A DNA stretch of 64,000 nucleotides from positions 10,590,184-10,654,183 of the forward strand of contig OZ316895.1 in NCBI GenBank assembly GCA_973895155.1, in the 5' to 3' direction. Positions 1 through 11,850 of this stretch are shown in pieces (the stretch's first letter is position 1; each line of letters starts with the position of its first letter). A program made the translations under genes and the position numbers. The notes under the pieces were generated by a model. The model saw only the letters and a program-made list of their open reading frames with translations, was not told where the DNA came from and did no database searches. The stretch comes from Marsupella aquatica (lineage: Eukaryota; Plantae; Marchantiophyta).

Positions 1-2
1 CA

Positions 3-432
3 TTAACATTGAGAGAGGCACTCACGTATCTCTTTCCTGCTTTAATTGCTAGGGATAGTTTCCTCATTGATGTGTTGCTTGCATGGATTCCTGGTGAGCA
101 TTACTTCGATACCGAATGAATTGCTGTTGCCAAGATGACCCCAAGAGAAGATGTAGTCATCAATGATCAGACTACATCAAGTTCATCGACAAAACAAATA
201 GCGACTGTTGAAGCTGCTGACGAGGAAAGAGTTGGTGGTGTTTTTTCCTTTTGCCAAGCCTCCAAGAAGATATCATGCCATAGTGAGAGGTCACCGTATA
301 GGAATTTTCTTGTTGTGGGAAGAAGTGGAGCCTCTAGTAAGTGGATTCTGGGGTAATGGGTTCAAGTCTTTTAAGACTCGTAGAGAGGCACCATTGTACA
401 TGGCCCGTGAACTAGCTAGGCTCCGTAACTAG
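3..432 (+). pseudogene. Degenerate ORF ending in an RNase H1 N-terminal hybrid-binding (Cauli_VI/viroplasmin-like) domain
   Basis: ORF 208..432 reads RYHAIVRGHRIGIFLLWEEVEPLVSGFWGNGFKSFKTRREA. This fits the Y-A-V-x-x-G-R-x-x-G-I-Y-x-x-W-x-E...V-x-G-F...F-K-x-F-x-T-x-E-E-A pattern of the family. The upstream frame (3..~245) has one TGA and needs a frameshift near the T-run at 240-246. Confidence 0.6.
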
Positions 433-903
433 CTGAGTCATTTATAGCAAGAATTTGAGACAGTGTCTCCGTTATGGACCGTTGCTGTTTATCACTCTAC
501 TAATGAGATTTCAGCTCTTGTGCACCTAATAGTTTGACTAATGTCATTCCTATTGCATGTCGATGAGCTTCAAACTTAGTTCTAGGTAAGACCTTCGTAA
601 AAATGTCAGCAGATTGTTCCTCAAATGAAATATACTTGATTGAGATTTCACCATCAAGAATTCTTTCTCTTATGAAATGATGATGTATTTTTAAATGCTT
701 AGTACGAGAGTGGAAAACAGGATTCTTTGTAAGTTTGATGGCACTTACATTGTCGTAGTGTATGTGTAAGTCTTGATGCGTAGGAGTTGATGCAGAAGTC
801 AAGTCGTCCTGAATGTGTGAGTCTGAGCAATGGACTAGAGCCCCTGAAGTATTGTTTGACTGAAGTTCCTCAATCAGCCACTTTAAGTATATCATCTCTT
901 GAG

Positions 904-1247
904 TGTTGAGCATAGATGACAATTGCAATGGCAAGCCCATGAACCATCTAACGCACAAGAGTTGACACAGAGAGATATGTAGTTCACCTCCACATGAGGC
1001 TATGTCCACAGTAACACACAAGAGCTGAACTGCACTCTAGACCGACCGACCATACCAAGCATCCACAGCACAAGCTCTCCCTACTCTCAATTGGCTCCGT
1101 TATAATGAGCCTGAGTTTCCACTCTCCAAGCAAACACCACTTGGGTATAGTGTGTGCGCAACATGACTAACCTAACCTAATAAGCGACTAAGGTTAGCCC
1201 TAACTATGGTACAGTCGTTACTCTAGACCTAAGAGTAAATCTTAACA
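904..1247. mobile_element. Solo LTR (344 bp) nested in the Copia RNase H
   Basis: Starts TGTTGAG and ends CTTAACA. It is flanked by TTGAG (899-903) and TCGAG (1248-1252), a 5-bp TSD with one mismatch. Removing it restores ALSNCT-QEMIYLKW in frame. Confidence 0.85.
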
Positions 1248-2378
1248 TCGAGTGCAGTTTGATAGGGCCTTGTACTTGGCCTCTATTGAAGAGCGCAAAA
1301 CTGTTAGTTGACTCTTAGAGCTCCAGGTAATAGCACCACCCAACAAAGTATAGAGGTAGCCTCCGATGGAATGTCGAGTGTTGGGGCAAGAGTTGCTCCA
1401 ATCTGAGTCCGCAAATCCCTCAAGTAGAAGAGAGCAGTTGTGGTTGTAGAAGATGCCAATGTCAATAGTGGAATTCAGGTACCTGAGGATATGTGTGGTT
1501 GCATCAAGATGTTGTTCAGCCCGCTGTTCAAGGTGAGCCATGAAAAGACTGACAAGTCCAACAGAGAACAAAACGTTAGGGCAAGTGTGAGTTAAATAGA
1601 TTAATTTTCCCATGAGCTTGGAATAGGATGTGGAATCTATGGGATCAGAGTCTGCTTGAGCTGAGAGAGTAAGCCCCTCAGGGAGTGGAGTGAAGACACG
1701 TCGACATTTCTCCATCCCATAGTCAAGAACAAGAGTTTGAGTATAGGAAGTTTGATGAAGCAAAAGTCCAAAATAAGTAAATAAGAACTCTAAGCCAAGA
1801 TAACGTTTGGTGGGATTGAGATCTTTCATTTTGTAATGATTTTGGAAATGGAGTTTGATAGCAACCGTAAAAGAAGGACTGTTGCCTGTGATCATAAGAT
1901 TATCTACAAAGAGAAGAATAAGAGCAAGCTGCCCCTCTTGCTAAGAGATGTAGAGATTGAGATTGAGGTTACTACGGGTAGAACCGATGGAGCGGAGATA
2001 TGAGTCAATTTTTTGGTACCATGCTCTAGGACTTTGTTTTAAGCCCATTGATAGATCAGTGTAAACGGCTGACTAGATCCTCATGGCTAGGAGAAATAAA
2101 CCCGGGAGGTTTATGCATGAAAATGGACTCTTTCAATGTCCCATTGAGGAAGGCGGTGACCATGTCCATATGAGATATTTTCCATCCAAAAGCTACAACA
2201 ATAGCTAATATCAAACGGACAATGGACCAGCAGACAACATAAGCAAAAGTTTCATCATACCTTCTTGTTGTTCATTGCCCCTTGCCACTACACGAGCTTT
2301 GAACTTCGTGTTGCCAGCATGATCCATCTTTTTGCGGAGAACCCACCTAGCAGATAACGCCTTTTGACCAAGGGGAAG

Positions 2379-2673
2379 TGTTAGGAATTGACTCTCAGTT
2401 CCCGGCTTCTAGTTAGTTTGCCCTTACTTGGGTTAGTTGGCCCTTGGTTAGTTTAAGGTAAGATCTATTTATTTAGGCTCACACATCTTAGTCCTCCTCA
2501 GGGGGTATAGATAAACCCTAAACTTTAAACTCTCATTCTTCACATGTATTCTCATATGCTATGGATCCTTCAAGAGTTTATCCACTCGGAGTGTCTCGTC
2601 GGGGTAGGGTCTGATTGAGTGTCTCTATCATGTTCTACATTGCTATCTAGTCTGGAGCTGACGGTTTCTTACA
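2379..2673. mobile_element. Second solo LTR (295 bp) nested at the start of the Copia RT
   Basis: Termini are TGTTAGGA...TTCTTACA, flanked by GGAAG and GGAAA (5-bp TSD, one mismatch). Removing it restores WELVG(F/L)PLGQKALSARWV in frame. Confidence 0.82.
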
Positions 2674-4042
2674 GGAAATCCAACAAGTTCCCAGATCTGA
2701 TTCTAATCATGAAAATCCATTTCAGAAGACATAGTTGAGTGCCATTGGGGGTCAGCAAGTGCTTCTTCAAAATCTATATTGGTATCTGCATGGGTGAGAA
2801 GCGAGAGTGTGAGATCAGGCTGATCTATTGAAGCCAATTGGCTATAAAAATTGGTATGCCTGTATTGATGAGATCGTAGCCTGGTTGACTGTCATGATGG
2901 CAAGAGAGATCGAGCTGCTTGAAGTTGTGCTGTGCCAGATGGTGCGCTAGATGGTGAAGTAGTAGGCATTGAAATGATTGTTGGTGCTCGAGAAGGAGAT
3001 TCAGAAGCAGGTGATTCAGTAGGAGGTTTCAACGTGAGATCCTGGAGTGGACTGCCAAGCAGGAGGAGTTGATGAAGGAGAAGCAAGATTGTCGCCTGTA
3101 GTAGGAGGTTGTGGTGCTGTGACTGTGGCCTCAGTTTCCTCAAGAGGAAAAATGTCAAAGATGCTATGAGACATAGAGGTTTGTGGAGGTGTGAGGAAGG
3201 GGGATCTACAGATGGAGGAGTCCTTCTATGAAGAGTGAGTTTGACTGACTCTTGTGACATCCAGGACTCACTTCTATAACCTAGAGCCTTCTACGGTCCT
3301 GAAAAATTGTCAGCAGAGGATCACTTTAACAAAGAAATGCAAAGTGTATTGAGGTTCTTGAAAGGATAAAACGTTTTTGAGGACCATTCCTCTTGTCCTC
3401 CTAAAATTTTGGAACAAGACTTCGGACGAATTGTCACTTCGATGCATTTGAGACACATTAGTTACTCAGAACTGAAATTTTACAAACGTATCACTTGAAA
3501 TACACCTCCTATGCCAAAAATCTCGGCATAGGACTTTGGAAGAATTATCAACCGATGCATGTGAGGCACGTTAATTAATTAGGACTGAAATTTCGCAAAA
3601 CTCTCATGTGCAATACACCTTAGCCAAATTGCTTCGTGAATCATACGTGATATGGCTTAGGGTGTTGTATCTGAGATTGTTGGGGTGCATTCGGAATTTC
3701 ATGTCGTGGACAGAAGTCATTCCTGCTTTGTGTGCCTGTTTTTAAAAAAGTTTGTTGAAGCCCTTGTGTGCATGCTCTGTTAAACCTTCGTGTTTGTTAA
3801 GGACCAGTCTATCGTATCTGTACCCTACTAGTCTCAACCTTAAACCCTAAACCTCCTGCTTCCCTCCATTCCTCCTAACACTGCGCCTGAGACATCACTC
3901 CACATACGGAAAACCCGAACCCTACACTTTTCTCAAACACAAGACCTGTGTCGAGTGATTGAATTTATTATGTGAACTTCACATAATAAAAATGGTAACT
4001 CAGCACCGCTGGTAATAGAGCGCCCCGAAGCTATTTTTTGGA

Positions 4043-4167
4043 AGCACTAATCGAGTAAAGCCCAGGCGCGGTTATCAAGGGATGATGGTAGCCAAAATCA
4101 ATGACGCACTAATCGAGTAAAGCCCAGGCGCTGTTATTAAGGGATGATGGTAGCCAAAATCAATGAC
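4043..4167. repeat. Tandem duplication of about 62 bp
   Basis: gcactaatcgagtaaagcccaggcgc...aagggatgatggtagccaaaatcaatgac occurs twice head-to-tail with about 2 differences. Confidence 0.85.
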
Positions 4168-5841
4168 ATCTCCAGGAGATCGTTAGCCAAAAAATGCAGT
4201 TCCAGAAGTTAAAAAAAAGCCACTCAGACTACCTTGACCTTGATCTGCATGGTTTTGAGCCAAAACGGAGGGCGGACTTCACTGGTCCAGGAGGGAGAAG
4301 CAAAGCAATAAAAAATACTGGCATGGGAACATAAACCTGCAAAGCGTACACAGGGACCTCTCATACAGCAGTTGTCCTTGCAGATAACATCTCTCTGCAA
4401 TCCTCTCAGAGGCAAGACTTGGATGTCATACGAGGGAAAGAAGAACCCCAGGCATACACATGATTGTTATTAACGGTGGCTTAGGAAAATTGAAAATTGA
4501 CCTGAGAATTCTTGGAGCACAAAAGCCTCGATCAATCTCAGCTTCAACTTAGTTCTTGAAATCATCCCACTTGTTAGTCATTCGTCCATGTTGTGGGGGC
4601 CCTCACAGAGAATCACGAAGTATGCAAATGCCTATCAGCGTCAACAATGGATGCATCCAACCACCCCGACGCAGGTTCAGATCAGACCATGAACATCAAG
4701 ATTGAGGATACTACAGCCTCTCTCAAACTTCAAATAGTGATTGCGAAGATGTTATACAACCTCTTTTACTTCAGGTGCGCTAATGGCCAGACACATGTCT
4801 TACGCCACTGCAAAGAATGAAAACAAAACCAAAACGCCATGGACTTAGGTTGAAGGTAGGAAATAAGTCCATTCACCGTCTCTAGAAGACCCAATATCAT
4901 CTGTCCTAAAGTTTGCGTAAAGTGTCAAGAGAGGGTGAAAGTCTACACCTAGAAGAAATTATAAGACAACTCTGGAAGCCCATAGAAAGTCGTAGACAGT
5001 AGCCCTATTCGTACGACTAAAACCTCCCCAAGACGACTGGCCATCGTTTCAGAGACCCCCAATGGCAAGAAATGGTCCAAACATGGAGATCATAAAGATG
5101 TACCAAACTAATTGGTGGACGATCCTTTACACAAACCACTTGAAAGGCAAAGAAGGAAAAGGAGGAAAAGAGACAGCAGTAGGATCTTGCATCACTTTCT
5201 GGGTGCTATTTCAAGCACAATCTTGGCCCCAGAATCAAAAATCCTCTACATCAAAGCTGGGGGTACCAGCACAACTACTAAGACCAAAAAGGGCTTTGAA
5301 TTGTTCACAACACCTGTAATGAGTGAACAACCCAACTTGTGCTGAGGCTTATCCCCACCTGTCACTGGGAAAGCAGCTGAAGAGCATCTTGCGTGATTCC
5401 GGTCTTTGCCCATCTCTTCGTGGGGGGGAGGCGCGGCCAGACCCACGAGAATAGGTGACGACGACACAGCACCGTTGACCTGGATTGACTCCAATCATCA
5501 ACCCGTATAGCAGATTAAAGCCCTCTAGCACCGTTGACCTGGATTGACTACAACCATCATCCTGTACAGCAGATTGAAGCCCTCTTCCACACGTGCAAGA
5601 AAGAGACTAATTTACAAAAGAGACCGAGCCCCTGTGGTCCTGCATTGGAACTCAATCGGTGACCATGGGAGCTCACCCAATGAACATTTCTTCGTGCTCT
5701 TCTCAAATATCTCCTCCTAACCCCACATTTCGCAACAGTGTCTGTCGCTAGTTCTTCTGTACATACCAGACCCTTGATGCAACACATCTTGCTGTCAGAC
5801 AGGCTGAAAATTTCAATGTGGAGTTAGGTTGTGTTGACAAA

Positions 5842-8800
5842 TCAAGTTGTTAACGCTGTCTCGGGGTCCTCCCCAATGTTGTCCATAGGTGAGATGAGTT
5901 CTAGTTCGGCCCATAACAGGGGAGAGACCTTGCAAGATGCAGCTTCAGGTGACATCTGAAGTGCATTTGACAACATCCATGTGACTTCTCGCATGGATGG
6001 CCTTTTACTCGCCTTCGGCTGAATGCAAAGGCGCACAATTTCACAGATAGCCACTAGTTCATCAGTGTTGTACGACTCCAGCGATGAATCCACCATGTAC
6101 CACATCATCTTCGGGTCATTCAAATACTCCTTTGCCTGCAGTGTTCCAAAACCACATAATCAGAAATCCACTCACAGAAGGAAGTAAAAACAAAACAAAC
6201 AACAAATCCAAAGTACGACACCAGGGAGATGAGAAAGAAGCAAACTGAAAAATTGCCAATCTGCAGCCCGTCTTAGCATTAAGGGCACAAAAAGGCAGTT
6301 GGGAGATAGATTTTGGGTGCGGCACCAAAGCAATGAATTACATTGCTCTAGAAGCCTAATCTGGGACTGTGGACAAGAAGGAACAGGCAGAAATGGCAAA
6401 ATGTATTGCATGCATGCACATTAGGAAATGCGAGACATTGCGTCTTATGACATTAGACCTCTATAACATTACGACCTGAACACAGTAGAAGGCTAGAGCA
6501 ATGAACAGCCCCTGGTGAGACCACACAAGCGCCACAAAGAGCATCAAATTTAGTGGAAGAACCTACATATTCAACAAGAGACCCATGCACATTGCTCCTT
6601 GCTGTGATTGTTTCCAGCAAGAACACTCCAAAACTGAGTACGTTACTCTCAAAATCAGGAGTATGCCGATCAGTGCATTGATCATCATTCACAAATTTGC
6701 TGAACGACTTCCGTCTACCAATTACGTTGGTTCCAACTGAGAGTTTCGATATACCAAAGTCTGCTACCTGTTGATCACAATCAGCAGCGTTACATACACC
6801 TCCTTTCATAAGGCTCGTTCCGAACAAAAATTAAGTTGTTAAATCAGAAAAGATTGCTATTCGACTGGCACCGTATTACCCTAGTAAATATAAAAAACAC
6901 GAACTTCACTATGCAACAGGACATTGATAGAATACCTTGGCAGCATAGTCTTCACTTAGATAAACAGAGTTTGAATCGAAATTCAAGTGGCTACTCGGAG
7001 GTACAAGTTCATGATGCATGTACTGTAGGCCATATGCCGCACCCATAACTATCCTCATCCGCATTGGCCAATCCAAGTGCTCTGACTCCTTGTCTACAGT
7101 AACAAAGCTGATAGTCAGATCCCTTTAAATTATGCTGTATACCATACTTTGATATTTAAAAAATTCAAAAACGAAAGATGCAAAACATTTAAGCCGCACA
7201 GGTTACACACTGCAAAATGAATGGAAACATGATTGGGTATGGCTAATGAAGACACATTCCTAAGAAGAGCATCGATCGGAGGTCTTACTGTGAAGATGCT
7301 CAAAAAGTGTGCCATTCGGAGCATATTCAAACACCAACATTCTTTCAAAAGGTTCTTCTTCAGAACAGTACGCAATCAAATTAACGAGATTTCTATGATT
7401 CATCCGGGCCAGAGCCTCGACCTGCAAAAGTGCAGACAGCTAATCTCAGGCGTAGTTCACAGGATACAGATCATGCTATGGAAGAACATATCTCAGACAT
7501 AAAAGGTATCATCCAGAGGCACTCTTAGCGATGTCCCACACCATAATGAAACCTGAGCCATAAATCCAACTTAGTCTGTTCCCCCGTGAATTACCTTGCG
7601 GCGAAAATACAGCTCTGTGTTCGGGGTCCAGCTTGTTGGGGGTATTTTGATACTTGTTACGGCAACCTCTGTACCATTAGTCAATGTTCCCTTGAAAACC
7701 ATACTATCTGAAGAGCACCCAATTACATTACTGAAATCCTCGCAGGCTGCTTCCAACTCTGTCCGGCTGATGGTTGGCACACCTGTTGTAGACAAGGAGT
7801 TTGGTCAGGAAGATCAAGACATCCGGCCTTCAATCCAATACAATGCTGATCTCAGAAACGAGGAAAGGCCAAGAATAACAAAGCAATGCTGCAAAGCTGT
7901 TAGTATTGACCAATTCTGGCGCGATTCTGTTTACGTCTAGAATTTTCTTTTACTCATTGCAGTCTAAAGTCCATCTAGAATTTCCATTCATTCATTGCAG
8001 TCCGTAGTCTATCTCCATCAACAACTTCGGAACAACAGTATTCCCTACAACATGACAGATTAAGCCTACTCAGATCGAGTCAACCGAGATTGGCCGCTAA
8101 ACTTCGTGACCTTACAATACTCGTGGATAAGACTCACCTGTGACAAACGCTTTCTGCAGTTGGCCACTCATGTGCCCACTCATTCCGGCCTTCCAGGGAC
8201 TCACTGTTGCTCTTTTCCGCTTTCGGCGAAGGCATACTATGGCTGCTCCTACTAACGTGAGTAGGCAGATTAGGAACACCACCGGGCCAATCAAGAAAAC
8301 CCAAAGCACTTGGTTGATCGAGAACTTGTCTGGTGAATGAGTAGACACTGGAGCTGGAGCTGGCGGCTTGCCATGAAGTGCCACTGGAGAGGGTAGTGCC
8401 GACGAGTGATTGGGACTACTTGCGTTCACTGTTTTTCAAATAGACAAGCACAACCAAATGTGTTCAATATGGTTCAGTTGATTAGTGAATAGTACTTATC
8501 ACTAGTCCCTGGTAAAAAAGGCATTACCACACGTTCCTTGAACTGACCTACAAAATCCTCCTCAACCTGACTTTGTTACTTCTTTACTAAATTGAACTAT
8601 TTGTATCACAACATGCCAGCAACAGTCCTTCAAATGCTAGTTCGCATCTAAGGGGACAGGCAATTAGTTCCGATCAGAAAAATAAACGACATTCAAGAGG
8701 ACTTCATCGATCGTGCGATTCAGAAGCGAAAGGTTTGCTCTGAACCATAATGGTACAAGCTACAGTCCGGTACTTCTTTCAAAGAATATTCCATTTAGCA

Positions 8801-9675
8801 AGAGAAGACCCTGGGATCAGGTCGTATTGTGCCCGAGTCCATACTTCAAATCGGAAAGATGCACCGGGAGAGCAATAACATCGGACCATACGATAGGCCA
8901 GAATGCTAAGAAAACAAACTGGACATAGGAAACGAAAGGAAAAAGAAAAGCGGACAGCCCAGCCCATCCGTCGTCCAAACTTGTGACGCCTCTCCTAGAA
9001 AACTCCGGCTTCAGAATGCCTGAAGAAAGCAACCCACACAAGTTGCATTTCCTGACTACAACGGCCTTCCCCGGCGACTTCCAGAGATAAAGATGATCAG
9101 ACCTAGAACTTAGAACTCAACGAACATTTCTCATGAAAGAGGGCCGCTAGGCGGCCCAATAGCCAACTGTAGAGCTTATTTCTGACCACACGTCCAACCA
9201 ACAAACAAGGATGGGAATATATTGGCAGGCAGATTTTGGCTAGAACTGATACAGATCACTAGGCTCAGACGAAAGGCCAACTACTGATGCATCTAGCATC
9301 AATTGTTGAACACAAACGTGAACTTCGCTTCCGGAACCACTTCGGAAGTAGACTTCATCAAGCAAAGCTAAAAAACCCTACGACATTTCTTGGTGTACAT
9401 TCCAATGCAGCTGAGACTCCATGCTTCACAAGAATGGAAGCTTGCAAATTTACGAAGGGGCCCCAAAACAAGCGAAAGTAGTGTGAAACGCAGAAAGGAT
9501 AGTGCCAGTTGCCCTCGGAAATGCCTGGGAGAGAACGAAACGGGTCACAATCACCTGCTAATAAAATGCGACCAGAGCAACGCGGAACCGAAGTAGCTGA
9601 GAAGGCCAGCAGCAAGATCCATGCCAGTAATACAGACTTATACTGGCTCACCGGAGGTCTTCGACACATTCCCAT
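5842..9675 (-). CDS. Receptor-like pseudokinase with signal peptide, very short Pro/Ser-rich ectodomain and TM helix (At3g56050/MDIS-MRH1, LRR-VI-related clade)
   Basis: Seven GT-AG exons: 9675-9555, 8428-8138, 7782-7595, 7421-7289, 7093-6936, 6767-6567, 6135-5842. Hallmarks include SPWKAGMSG..SGQLQKAFVTGVP..RTELEAACEDFSNVIG, MLVFEYAPNGTLFEHLH and SPLLWAELE. VAVT replaces VAVK and SHLN replaces HRD, so it is probably catalytically inactive. Confidence 0.88.
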
Positions 9676-11628
9676 GTCCCTCAGTTGCATCCGCTTTATC
9701 CAACAGGGCTCCTTGCAAGGTAGTTCCCTACAGGAATAATATATACTGCCTCCAGGCGATGATGTGAAGCTGACAGCCTTCTCTGAGAAATGCATTGATC
9801 TCAGGCATCTAACCTCGGAAACCCAAAGGTACAGAATCCACGCGAGCCACTTAGCCCTCCTGCCAGAGCCCCGACTGAACTACTTTTACCCAATCCGATT
9901 CCTGCTATCTTTACCACGGAGCTCCTCGCGACTCCTCCTACTTCTAATCGGATTCATGCCCGAACTCGCCCGGCCCTGCTCCTCGGTTTCTGTCTCCTCG
10001 TAGTCTCAATGAAATTGAGCACATTTACTGGCAGTGGAAGTACTACCAACATGTCCTCCGATACCATCAACCGATACAGGTGAACCCCTACGGCGCGTTG
10101 CCGAGCAATCGTAGCAACTTCCCGCGAGATCCAATAGCACCGGCGTAAAACTTGACGGGGTTGTCGACGGACCCCGGCTGGTGATCACTCTGTTTGCGAC
10201 AAAAGAACACTCCCCACACACCTGATCAAAGAACGGACATTGGAGAAAGGAAAAGCATCCAAATCAGTACAGAAGCAGCGAAGACACAAAAAGATGCACT
10301 GCAGTCCACCAGACACGAAGAAAGCTTGGAGCTGACGGGAGGGAGAGGGACGCAATCTAATGAGCATGAGGGACACGAGGTAACAACCATGGCAATCTTT
10401 CTGGACAAGCATTTGTCTACCCTTTCACCTCAGGTACGCTGACTATCTGCTGTCTATTCGGTGGGAGGACAAATCCCATCTCGCGTAGACGTCACGTACC
10501 GTCACTTACACACATAATCCAACACGCACAAGCAGCGTACTTCTCAGAGAGGAGCTCAGAGAGCACTGCCTCACGAGCTTGCTCTTGCAAGCTCGCTAGC
10601 TTGCCTGCCCGCCCGCCCGGCCAAGGCCAGATGCCAGACATCGACAAAGCGGACTATAGCAACTCCGCCGCGCCATTTCTCTCGAAAAGGAACCAAATCA
10701 ATGAGAGAAATGGAGCACGATGGTGGCGAGTCCACCGCGCCCTTTCTCGAAAACACAAAACCAAATCATCGAGAGATAGAGCACGAAAGAAGGTGAGAGC
10801 GTGACAGACATGAAAGAGATCGAGAGTAGCACCCCGAAATCCCGAATCAATCGACTCTGCGCCGCGCTGAGCGGATGTCACATCCTCACCATCCTCAACA
10901 ACAACATCAATGAGAGCGAGCAGCGATAACAAAAATGGCAAGCCGCACGCAGCAGGGGCGTCGGCGACGAGAGCGCAGAGGACATTCTGGGCAGATCCAA
11001 CGCGACCAGTCCAGTCCAGTCCAGTCCTACCCGCAAAACCGTGTGACCATTGCACCTCACCTCACCCCACCGCACCGCAGCAGGAGGCAGGAAGGAGTGA
11101 GTGAATGCTCCAGTGACTCGAGTGACACAGACGCACACAAGCAGCTCTCAATCACAGTCCCATATCCAGCGCCCGAAATGCGCTCCTACGACTCATCCAC
11201 GCCATGCAATGCATTGCAATGCGATCCAAGCCAGCAGGCCTGCACCGGGGCGCAAGGACTACTCACCCGGGTCACGCGACAGAAAGCTCCACCATTCCCT
11301 CGCACGTTCGAAATCTCAACGCTAGCCCAGCCAACCAGCGGCACCCCAACGTCACCAACAACAGCAAAACTCCATCAATCCTCACAATAGTTGCATTCAC
11401 CATTCCTCCACGTACTCCCTCCCTGCATACAACATCAGCTCTCTAGCTTCCTCGCTCGCTCCATCAATCAATCCTCAATCCTTCCTTTCTTTGTTGGCCA
11501 GTGTCTGTGATTGCGGCAGCATCGATCGGGGAGAGGAAGCAAGCATCGAATCGCGTGGGAGGACGGAATGATGATTGTGCTCTGCATCGAAAGCGAGAGT
11601 ATCGGCAATAGGCCTGAATCATGCGACA

Positions 11629-11663
11629 CAGAGAGAGAGAGCGAGAGAGAGAGTCAGAGAGAG
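11629..11663. repeat. GA-rich microsatellite upstream of the RLK
   Basis: Interrupted (GA)n run. Confidence 0.7.
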
Positions 11664-11741
11664 CAGAAAGATAACGAGGGAAAGAGTGTGAGACGGAAAA
11701 GACGCCGAAAATAGCGGAATCTCCCATCAGAGCGAGCTGGC

Positions 11742-11850
11742 ATTGCCATCGATCCCATTGCATGGCCCCGGTGGGGGCCAGGGGAGGCCTTGCGATTGCC
11801 ATCGATCGCATTGCATGGCCTCGGTGGGGGCCAGGGGAGGCCTTGCGATG
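11742..11850. repeat. GC-rich tandem duplication of about 53 bp
   Basis: attgccatcgatc(c/g)cattgcatggcc(c/t)cggtgggggccaggggaggccttgcg occurs twice. Confidence 0.8.

Larger units (their letters stand above)
500..3290 (-). mobile_element. Decayed Ty1/Copia LTR retrotransposon pol fragment (Ser/Pro linker, RT, RNase H)
   Basis: Minus-strand motifs: EEALADPQW..WELVG(F/L)PLGQKALSARWV, MDMVTAFLNG, LFVDNLMITG (YVDD equivalent), GFADSDW, TWSSKSQ, DNVSAIKLTKNPVFHSRTKH and QSADIFTK. There are stops and frameshifts, and no integrase or gag is seen. Confidence 0.93.

Noticed and set aside
3834-3853. Telomere-like aaaccct repeats
   Set aside because: Only 2-3 degenerate units, which is common in plant intergenic DNA and not an interstitial telomere array.
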